Positions 16,181 to 22,806 of a stretch of 22,806 nucleotides of DNA are shown one piece after another. Origin of the DNA: Pyrodictiaceae archaeon (GTDB lineage Archaea; Thermoproteota; Thermoprotei_A; Sulfolobales; Pyrodictiaceae). The stretch covers positions 1 through 22,806 of the forward strand of contig JALVSY010000032.1 of assembly GCA_027036135.1 (NCBI GenBank), written 5' to 3'. The first letter of the stretch is position 1; each line of letters begins with the position of its first letter. Under the pieces are notes generated by a model. It searched no databases. It worked only from the letters and a program-made list of their open reading frames with translations, and had not been told where the DNA came from. A program made the position numbers and the translations under genes.

Positions 16181-16426
16181 TTGCGCGACGAGGAGATAGC
16201 CTCGAGGCTCTCGAGCCTAGAGACACGCGTAGAGTACATGGAGAAGATGCTACAGGACATCTATAACAGGCTAGACAACATGGATAAGCGGATAACAGAG
16301 CTAAGCGACCGCATAGCAACCATGGACGTGAACCACGTCTCGGTAAAGTGGCTGATATACATGGTTGTTATACTGCTGAGCTTCGTGGCAGCCATGTTTG
16401 GTCTCGGGTGGCGCCCGCCGCACTAA
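16181..16426 (+). CDS. Coiled-coil protein with C-terminal transmembrane helix (XhlA-like architecture)
   Basis: Probable TTG 16181 after GGAGG; heptads RLSSLETRVEYMEKMLQDIYNRLDNMDKRI; TM WLIYMVVILLSFVAAMFGLGW. Confidence 0.75.
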   Translation: MRDEEIASRLSSLETRVEYMEKMLQDIYNRLDNMDKRITELSDRIATMDVNHVSVKWLIYMVVILLSFVAAMFGLGWRPPH

Positions 16427-16427
16427 C

Positions 16428-16524
16428 TCCATTCAGATACTCGTACTCCATTCAGAAAAAGTGACGGGGTACTAGGCGCTGTGATGGAGTTCGGGGACTG
16501 AATGGAGGAACAGGGACTGAAAGA
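16428..16524. repeat. Symmetric TCCATTCAG-box element, copy B
   Basis: TCCATTCAG at 16428 and 16447, GTGACGGGG at 16461, ATGGA at 16484, CTGAATGGAG at 16498. Confidence 0.85.
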
Positions 16525-16526
16525 AG

Positions 16527-17003
16527 CTATAGGCTGTAGAGCTTGAGGATTATCAGCCAGGCCTCCAGGAACTTTATTGTGGCTGGAGTATTGCTCGGGT
16601 TAACTATCCTCGCTACAGCCCTTGACCGGAACGGGACGCCTAGACCTCCCTGCGGAGAGTACCCTATCACGTAGACGTTGTTGGTGGAGTCGTACCTGTA
16701 GAGAGTTATTATGCCTGGGTTGGTGCCCACTGCTCCTAGCTCGTAGAGATCCCGTGGACTAACATCTATCTCCAGCCTACCGTCGGCGTGCAGGTCTACC
16801 TGTAACCGTGTATCAGGGTTATCCGTCATCAATATGACGTAGTAGAGCCAGCCACTGGCGCTCCTATCCCATATAGTCCACTCCTTGCCGGGGCCTAGCA
16901 CGTAGTTGTTCTGCCTATAGACCTCCCATCTCCACAGGTCACTGGCTGGGAAGAACCCGAGCCCGGGCGGGTAAAAAACGGTCTGGGACACGCTCTGCGC
17001 CAA
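16527..17003 (-). CDS. Beta-rich putative virion protein (possible jelly-roll)
   Basis: TTG after GGAGGTGA; alternating hydrophobic strand pattern; last gene of the structural operon. Confidence 0.7.
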   Translation of the reverse strand: MAQSVSQTVFYPPGLGFFPASDLWRWEVYRQNNYVLGPGKEWTIWDRSASGWLYYVILMTDNPDTRLQVDLHADGRLEIDVSPRDLYELGAVGTNPGIITLYRYDSTNNVYVIGYSPQGGLGVPFRSRAVARIVNPSNTPATIKFLEAWLIILKLYSL

Positions 17004-17009
17004 CTAGTG

Positions 17010-17357
17010 TCACCTCCACTCTATCTCGACTACTACCTGCACCTTGTTAGCAGTTATCGCCTCACCTGTCTTAGCATAGATGCTGGCTAGGCTGGTGCTG
17101 GTGCTCGCGGCCTCGGCGGCTGGCAGGTCTCCCTCGCTGAGAACCACGGTGGAGCCAGCCACTGCCTTTATCGCTGGCAGTAGCTGCTTAAAGGTAGAGG
17201 CATCCCCATTCGTTATGCTACCTATTAGCACCGTGTGGTCAGCACTATCGGCATTGTATATCATTATCTTCCTGACAACGGCCTTCCTCTCCGGGGGCAC
17301 TGTTAGTAGAGCAGCCCCCGTGTCATCTATCTCTACCAGTGGAGACGCGGCCCTCAC
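17010..17357 (-). CDS. Beta-sandwich putative virion protein
   Basis: LLTVPPERKAVVRKIMIYNADSADHTV resembles small jelly-roll penton/minor capsid proteins; RBS GGGGTGA. Confidence 0.7.
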   Translation of the reverse strand: MRAASPLVEIDDTGAALLTVPPERKAVVRKIMIYNADSADHTVLIGSITNGDASTFKQLLPAIKAVAGSTVVLSEGDLPAAEAASTSTSLASIYAKTGEAITANKVQVVVEIEWR

Positions 17358-17363
17358 GGCTCA

Positions 17364-17933
17364 TCACCCCGAGCTGCTCGGCGGGTAGCCAGCGACCGGT
17401 ATCACTGTGTACTTCTCCGGCTCCGCGCTGACCTGGCTAATTACGTACCGGAACCCGTACATCATTATCCTTGCCACTGGTTGCTCAGTGAACAACGGGT
17501 TGAGCGGCTGCACTGTAGGCACGTACTCTGAGCCATACGTGTATATCTCAGCTAGCTGCTCCTTCCCGATGGCATTGTCTAGTGGGCTCACTGGTGTCTG
17601 CTCGCTAGCGGTCTGGTACTTTGGCATAGCCCCGGGCAGGTTAACGTCTAGCAGGAAGTCGTCGAGCACCACTAGTCTCCACTGGCCCCACTCGCTGCTA
17701 CCAAGCTTCATCTCGTCGAGCCTCGCAGTCGGGCCCGGCATGGGCCAGGTACTGGTACTGGCGGCTGGGAGTGGCCCAAGATCCCTTACCATTGGCTGTA
17801 TTGGCTCAATGTAGACTACTCTGCCGTAGACCGGCTTGCTCCCGGTGCCCAGGTATAGCTTGACGTAGTCCCCTATCTTGACTATTGGCTCGAACTCCTT
17901 CTTGTATAGGACGTACTGCGCCGTGACGCTCAA
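17364..17933 (-). CDS. Putative capsid protein (beta-rich)
   Basis: Probable TTG 17933 after GAGGTGAT; about 190 aa, beta-rich, in the structural operon. Confidence 0.65.
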   Translation of the reverse strand: MSVTAQYVLYKKEFEPIVKIGDYVKLYLGTGSKPVYGRVVYIEPIQPMVRDLGPLPAASTSTWPMPGPTARLDEMKLGSSEWGQWRLVVLDDFLLDVNLPGAMPKYQTASEQTPVSPLDNAIGKEQLAEIYTYGSEYVPTVQPLNPLFTEQPVARIMMYGFRYVISQVSAEPEKYTVIPVAGYPPSSSG

Positions 17934-17975
17934 GGGTCTATCACCTCTCTCGCTCACACATGTGTAAAAAACACG

Positions 17976-18290
17976 TTACATGCCTATCGCTATTATCTTG
18001 AAGCCTACGCTGCTTAGATCCGTGTTAGCCGCTACCTCCTCTGCTGGGCCAGCCGCCGTGGCCGGGTAGTTGAAGTCATAGACCTTTATCGTTACCGTGT
18101 TACCGCTTATACTGGCCACTTCTGCCATGTAGCCAGCGCTGGCTACTACTATTGCTTCCTCTACTCTCTCGAGCTCGTCAATGGTTACCGTGAAGCCGCC
18201 AGTGGAGTAGCTACTGGGCCCAGTAACGGTCTTTACCACTAGCTTTGGCCTGGCCTTCCCCCTTGCCCTGGATAGGTTATAGGCTGGCGT
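17976..18290 (-). CDS. Small virion decoration/fibre-like protein, possibly initiating at ACG
   Basis: YSTGG...EEVAANTDLS pattern seen in viral structural proteins; the frame is open upstream of track start 18239 to ACG 18290, which follows GGTGAGCGAGAG. Confidence 0.7.
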   Translation of the reverse strand, partial: TPAYNLSRARGKARPKLVVKTVTGPSSYSTGGFTVTIDELERVEEAIVVASAGYMAEVASISGNTVTIKVYDFNYPATAAGPAEEVAANTDLSSVGFKIIAIGM

Positions 18291-18313
18291 CTCTCGCTCA
18301 CCCCGCTACCTGT

Positions 18314-18850
18314 TTATGCGCCGGTCACTACCTCGCCCTTTGGCTCAGCCTTGAGCGCTAATAGGAATACTTTCTCGTTCGCTGGCGTGGTTACGCCGCT
18401 TGGCAGGTAGAGCTGCACGAGTAGCTTATCGCTCTCACTGAATACCAGTGGGTTGGTGAAGTAGCCCTCTGGCTCCTGCTTGACGTAGAGCTTCTCGAGC
18501 TCCACTAGGTATATCGGTGTAGCGCCCTTGAATATCTTCATTGCAGTCGCGACTGGGTTGTCGTTGTTGTTGCCGACGCCGAATATGACTATGAACTCGT
18601 CGTCCCCTAGTGTATAGTTTATCACTGTGTTCCAGGCGCCGGCTGTGTCCAGTGTCTCCTCCCACTTGTTATCGCTCATTCCTAGGTCGTCCTTGGGCAG
18701 GACGTCTCGTATGATGTAGTCCGCTGGGTTCTTGCCCTTGGCGCGTATAGCGTTCATCAGTGCCTCTATGGCTTTCTCTCTTAGTAGTTTCTTCTCCTCG
18801 TCTTTTAGGGCGTCCGAGCCTAGGACGTATGACACGGCTGCCTCCGCCAC
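18314..18850 (-). CDS. Putative major capsid protein (single jelly-roll with helical N-terminus)
   Basis: First gene of the operon with a perfect GGAGGTGA RBS before GTG 18850; N-terminal helix then about eight strands (NTVINYTL, FIVIFGV, AMKIFKG, PLVFSESDKLLVQLY, KVFLLALKAE). Fold is inferred. Confidence 0.6.
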   Translation of the reverse strand: MAEAAVSYVLGSDALKDEEKKLLREKAIEALMNAIRAKGKNPADYIIRDVLPKDDLGMSDNKWEETLDTAGAWNTVINYTLGDDEFIVIFGVGNNNDNPVATAMKIFKGATPIYLVELEKLYVKQEPEGYFTNPLVFSESDKLLVQLYLPSGVTTPANEKVFLLALKAEPKGEVVTGA

Positions 18851-18859
18851 GTGGTTCAC

Positions 18860-18951
18860 CTCCTACCCGTCTCGTGTAGATATGAAAGGAGGCGTGGGGA
18901 GACATATCTAGGGCCGTGCAGGGGTATACACCTGTACACGGAGTGGGAGAC
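18860..18951. promoter_or_regulatory. Divergent promoter between the capsid operon and the AbrB operon
   Basis: Inverted pair TAGATATG (18877-18884)/CATATCTA (18903-18910); GTATAC-N4-GTACAC at 18924-18939. Confidence 0.55.
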
Positions 18952-19143
18952 ATGGTTGACGTGTCCCGCGCGATAGGGATAGCCAGGGTGGATGGGAGGC
19001 AGAGAATAGTCCTGCCCAAGATTATACGCGAGGAGCTGGCCCTCAAGACAGGGGACTACGTGGTCTTCTACCTCAACGATAACGGGGAGATATGCATAGC
19101 GAAGGCACGGTACCCTGAGCGCGTGAAAGCAGTGCTTATCTAG
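18952..19143 (+). CDS. AbrB/MazE/SpoVT family DNA-binding protein
   Basis: ARVDGRQRIVLPKIIREELALKTGDYVVF is the canonical AbrB pattern; ATG 18952 after GGGAG. Confidence 0.9.
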   Translation: MVDVSRAIGIARVDGRQRIVLPKIIREELALKTGDYVVFYLNDNGEICIAKARYPERVKAVLI

Positions 19144-19178
19144 AGCCGTTCTTGCAACTCTAGTAACTGGTGAGGAGG

Positions 19179-19352
19179 ATGGGTAAGTGGAGCAACGAGG
19201 TAACAATAACCGTTACTGCTCCCGGTAAGCCGCCGGTGAAGCAGCCAGTGGAGACCCAGCAGGTAGCTCCTAGCAAGAAGCCCAGCCTAGGAGCAATAGT
19301 AGCGCTCGGGGTCATAGCCGCGCTGTTCGCCTATATGCAGAAGAAGAGGTGA
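19179..19352 (+). CDS. 57-aa membrane-anchored peptide: WSNEVTITV strand, Pro-rich linker, TM helix
   Basis: ATG 19179 after GGTGAGGAGG; TM LGAIVALGVIAALFAYM followed by QKKR. Confidence 0.8.
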   Translation: MGKWSNEVTITVTAPGKPPVKQPVETQQVAPSKKPSLGAIVALGVIAALFAYMQKKR

Positions 19353-19358
19353 CGCTGC

Positions 19359-19820
19359 TTGCCGGTAACGAGCGGCATCATCATCAGAGGCGCCTACGAG
19401 TACCCGAGCGGCCTAACAACCGTGGTGAGGGTAGCGGCTGTACCAAGCTCCGGGGACGAGTACGCCTCCCTGCTACGCGGGCTGACGAGCGGCAAGTCCT
19501 CCAACAGGGTGCCCCAGCTCATAAGGGCCCGCGTGTACTACTACGCCGCGCTCACCAGCTACGAGCCCTGGCCCAACGCTCCCAAGTACTGCCCAGTAGT
19601 CATTGACCTCGTGGGCGTGGAGTGGACTGGCAAAGAGTACCTAGCAGCTAGGATACCGTTGTCGCTGGACAAGAACGTTGCAAGGGGAGTAGTGGACGTC
19701 ACTGAGCACTACAGGCTCCCACCGCTCCTATTGACCCCGTGGAGGCTCGAGATAGGGGTTGACTGCCGGAAAGCAGTCCTAGGCCTATACATAGCTCTCT
19801 ACGTCGAGTGGGGGTGGTAG
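19359..19820 (+). CDS. Beta-rich hypothetical (putative virion) protein
   Basis: TTG after GAGGTGA; 153 aa. Confidence 0.75.
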   Translation: MPVTSGIIIRGAYEYPSGLTTVVRVAAVPSSGDEYASLLRGLTSGKSSNRVPQLIRARVYYYAALTSYEPWPNAPKYCPVVIDLVGVEWTGKEYLAARIPLSLDKNVARGVVDVTEHYRLPPLLLTPWRLEIGVDCRKAVLGLYIALYVEWGW

Positions 19821-19821
19821 C

Positions 19822-20361
19822 GTGGAGCTGGTGTGGAGCGCTGGTCTGGAGCCCCCTGGCGAGGTAAGGGAGCTCTGCACCGGCAGTATGAGCAACTGTC
19901 AGCAATACTACCTAGAGCCCGGCAGGCTCTACCACGTAGAGGTAGTGGTGAAGGGGGACCCCAGGGGCCCCGAGAGCCTCTACGAGCTCCTCCGGAGACT
20001 ACTCGAGGAGTACCCTGGGGTCTACCTAAGCTACATAGCTGTCTACAGGATGGATAACGAGAAGTCGAAGATAGTCATAGAGGTGTTCGACCCACCGCTC
20101 GGGGAGAGCCTGGTACTAGTAGAGATAATAGCGATACTAGCCCTAGTCATAGGGATAATAGTTGCGATAAAGGTTGCTGGCCTCGAGGACGCTGTCGAGA
20201 ACGTGAGCATCGGCCTAAAGTACCTCGGCGAGGCCGCCGAGGAGGCAGCCAAGGCGTTCTACAGGTACATGGAGAGCCACCCGGTACTGGGCGGGCTGAG
20301 CCTATCAATACTACTTATAGGCCTAGGCGCCTTTCTATTACTAAGGGGTGGGGAGAGGTGA
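19822..20361 (+). CDS. Membrane protein with two TM helices
   Basis: LVLVEIIAILALVIGIIVAI and VLGGLSLSILLIGLGAFLLL. Confidence 0.8.
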   Translation: MELVWSAGLEPPGEVRELCTGSMSNCQQYYLEPGRLYHVEVVVKGDPRGPESLYELLRRLLEEYPGVYLSYIAVYRMDNEKSKIVIEVFDPPLGESLVLVEIIAILALVIGIIVAIKVAGLEDAVENVSIGLKYLGEAAEEAAKAFYRYMESHPVLGGLSLSILLIGLGAFLLLRGGER

Positions 20362-20822
20362 GCGAGGCACTCGCGAGGGCACGGGAGTACGCTGGAGAAG
20401 CACTGGGTAGGGCGAGGCAGTACGCCGCCAAGGCGTACAGGTACGCACGGGAAGAGATAGGGCTGGAGAGCCTGCTCGGCCTAGGAATAGTGCTTGGGGG
20501 CCTAGCCCTCCTAGCCAAGAGCATCCACGCCGGGGAATCCAATGAGAAGAAGATACACATCCACGTAGACGCAGACGGGTACCAGGGAGCCTACGCCGCC
20601 TTCGTGCTCACCAAGTGCACGGGTAGCGACTGCTACCTGGAGGCCGGGAGCCAGAAAGTAACCCAGCCATGGCACATGGTACTGATATGGTGCACTGGGT
20701 GCACGGCTCTAGACGAGACCGTCACCGTGAAGTGGAGGGACTGTGACTGGTACCTGGAGCTAGGCGTGTGCCAGGACAGCTCCTGCACCGAGAGGAAAGC
20801 ACTGAAGCGGGTAACCCCCTAG
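20358..20822 (+). CDS. Single-TM protein with Cys-rich beta domain
   Basis: GTGA coupling; TM LLGLGIVLGGLALLA; several Cys pairs. Confidence 0.8.
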   Translation: MSEALARAREYAGEALGRARQYAAKAYRYAREEIGLESLLGLGIVLGGLALLAKSIHAGESNEKKIHIHVDADGYQGAYAAFVLTKCTGSDCYLEAGSQKVTQPWHMVLIWCTGCTALDETVTVKWRDCDWYLELGVCQDSSCTERKALKRVTP

Positions 20823-21157
20823 CCCATGCACTCTTTTCTTATCCTCTCCCATGCCTTTTCCGCTACCTCCTCACTGAGGGAGCCTGTATCCAGGCCACCA
20901 GCCCCCTCCCTCACAGATACCCCTAGCTCGGAGAGAACCCGCTTCACGCAACCATAGTCAGCCAGCACCAGCACCTCCACCAGGTCCCGTGGCCTCCGGG
21001 GCACGCTCGCTCTGAGCCTCTCGGCCTCCTCCCCGTTCACCTTGTTCTTCTCGACGTTCACCTTCCTGTAACAGTTTGGACATGTAGCGTACATCTTGTT
21101 GCCCCTGTAGAGCCAGACATGCCCGCAGTACGGGCACCTAAGCCAGACACCACCCAC
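20819..21157 (-). CDS. Zinc-ribbon DNA-binding protein
   Basis: CPYCGHVWLYRG...ATCPNCYRKV; RBS GGTGAG. Confidence 0.85.
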   Translation of the reverse strand: MGGVWLRCPYCGHVWLYRGNKMYATCPNCYRKVNVEKNKVNGEEAERLRASVPRRPRDLVEVLVLADYGCVKRVLSELGVSVREGAGGLDTGSLSEEVAEKAWERIRKECMG

Positions 21158-21322
21158 TACCCACTCACCACCTACTACTAGCCACCCACTACTAGTTTAA
21201 ATAACCTACTACCTACTACCCACTCACTAGCCACCCACCAGGCTACTAGCCAGCCACCTACTACCCACTACCCACCAGTACAGGAGACGACGACGAATAC
21301 TACTGGTGACGACTACTAGTCA
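21150..21322. repeat. Imperfect CCACTAC/CCTACTAC tandem array around a TATA box
   Basis: Many CTACCCACT, CCTACTA and CTAGCCACCCAC units flank TTTAAATAA (21196-21204). Confidence 0.75.
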
Positions 21323-21364
21323 GCACAGCCTAGAAAGAGTAAACAACTAGTAGAAAAAGAGACT

Positions 21365-22806
21365 CTAGACCTCCGCCTCCCAGTACAAGCAGACATTATC
21401 CGTGCCGCTCGGTGGCGCTGTGCTATAGTTCACGTAGATATAGGTGTCATCAACCGTGACGTAGAACTCACCAGCAGCATCAGCGCTACATGGAGTAACC
21501 ACTACCTTTGATGGAGCCGCCACCAGTCCATGCGCTATCTTGAACTGGGTAGTACTGCCATCCCCGCTGAATACTGCCTTGCCATAGTTACTTCCGCGCT
21601 TAGATGTACTATAATAGTTTACATTATGGGAGAATTTCTTGAACGTTGTTGAAGCACTCACACGTATTATTCCGTAACCTCCAAAGTCGTTATCTAATAT
21701 TGACAAGTTCTGTGCAGGATTCACGCCTGTGTCTGTGCTTGCATCATATATTGCTATAAACACGCTGCTGTATCCAACAAACTTGTTACCAACAATATCA
21801 ACATCATCAGTAGCTCCATATCCCCCGACACCGATAACTCCTACCAAGGTCTCATTGTATGGTGAGCAGTTAACGAATATGTTGTTTATTATCTTTCCAT
21901 ACTGGACTCTCTCAAAGTTAACCGTTATCCTGCCAGCAACGTTGTCAAACAAATTGTTCGATACTATGACATAGTATGACATCGGCGGGTCACTACCAAT
22001 AGCCGAGCTCTTGGTATTATAGAAGTAGTTCCCGTGTATCACTACATATTTCGCGTTCGGGTCTGTCGCACTACCACTACCAAGCACAATATTGTTTCCA
22101 CCAGTGGCGTTTCTGAAGATATTGCCTATGACTAGCACGTTTACAGCGCGCTCAATGCGGAGATTATTCGGCGCCTTACCGCTTATCGTCTCCTCATTGT
22201 CGAACACGTTCCCAACAATAATCACATTACTAGCATGAGCGGTGGTGATTCCGTCATCCGTTGAGTCAAGTATCCTGCTATTAGCAACAATTACTTTCTC
22301 AGAGCCAGTCCACAACGTGCCATGCCTAATCACCGAATTAATTATTGCTAGAAGCGAGTAGCCAGAGAAGCATCCTTGCACAAACACTACTCCTTTGTTA
22401 TAATAATCAATTGGGTCAATGATCACATTATCTAGTATTACATGTCCACCACTTGGTTGCTCCCCCGATCCACAACCACACATACATGAGTTGTTGCTTA
22501 TCTACACGTTTCTGAACCATATGCCTTTAAACACTACATTCTTTCCATTGAGATATATGAATCCATTGCTTGCAGTAGTCGGTCTATATAGTACTGCACC
22601 ATAGCCCTCGATTACCACGTCATGTGTAATTGTTATCTTCTCTGTTATAGTGTACGTTCCACCGAGTAGCACTATTTTCCCATTCTCTGGTGCGTAATCG
22701 ATACCGCTCTGTATCACGGCTGAGTGCTCTGTGCTCGGCCCTGCTACGCGGCGAGCGTACCTATCTATTGCTACTGCTCTGCCGTACTCGTCTAGGTATA
22801 TTATTG
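21365..22806 (-). CDS. Parallel beta-helix spike protein 2, 5' end outside window, interrupted by in-frame TAG at 22502-22504
   Basis: Track ORFs 22502-22717 and 21365-22483 share a frame, which stays open to the window edge (IIYLDEYGRAVAIDRY...STEHSAVIQ, paralogous to spike 1); C-terminal FKIAHGLVAAPSKV fibre-type domain. Confidence 0.8.

Larger units (their letters stand above)
1..22806. mobile_element. Fragment of an archaeal virus/provirus genome, probably a tailless virion with membrane and spike proteins
   Basis: No housekeeping genes; dense small ORFs with archaeal RBS and TATA boxes; DUF1874 anti-CRISPR, RHH/AbrB/wHTH/Zn-ribbon regulators, beta-helix spike paralogs and a beta-rich structural operon. 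Element ends are not visible. Confidence 0.88.

Noticed and set aside
16003-19202. Invertible segment bounded by the 15-bp inverted repeat TGGAGCAACGAGGTA (16003-16017, 19188-19202)
   Set aside because: The match is explained by both genes encoding WSNEV; no invertase is visible and inversion would barely change the proteins.
22502-22504. Pyrrolysine recoding of the TAG
   Set aside because: TAG is a normal stop in many genes here, no pyl genes are present, and the likely host group is not known to use pyrrolysine.
162-22604. Many antisense or alternate-frame ORFs in the track (e.g. 162-362, 1412-1954, 3887-4267, 4712-5095, 8037-8333, 12429-12851, 17407-17814, 18669-19046)
   Set aside because: They overlap better-supported genes or structured non-coding DNA, lack RBSs and have S/R/P-rich shadow composition.

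Overview
This window looks like part of the genome of a virus or provirus of a hyperthermophilic archaeon. GGTGA/GGAGG ribosome-binding sites, TATA-box promoters, CTA/ATA/AGG-rich codons and many small Cys-rich proteins suggest a Thermoproteota host, possibly Desulfurococcales (inference). The left half (1-9941, mostly minus strand) is an early/host-interaction region. It holds a DUF1874/AcrIII-1 ring-nuclease anti-CRISPR and two unknown genes under the same repeated promoter, a TGT/DpdA-like transglycosylase coupled to an amino-methyltransferase, an aCcr1-like RHH protein missed by the ORF track, and a probable structured ncRNA. A repeat-rich divergent intergenic region (9942-10476) may be an origin or control region. 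The right half is a virion module with beta-rich, probably jelly-roll capsid proteins, membrane proteins and two paralogous beta-helix spikes, one broken by an in-frame TAG. It also encodes three proteins whose architecture suggests a donor-strand-complemented Ig-domain fibre (membrane anchor, repeating subunit, tip). A ~95-bp symmetric element occurs twice and brackets the spike/adhesin genes. I recognised no integrase, packaging ATPase, polymerase, tRNA, rRNA or CRISPR array. All family calls come from reading motifs by eye; no searches were run.
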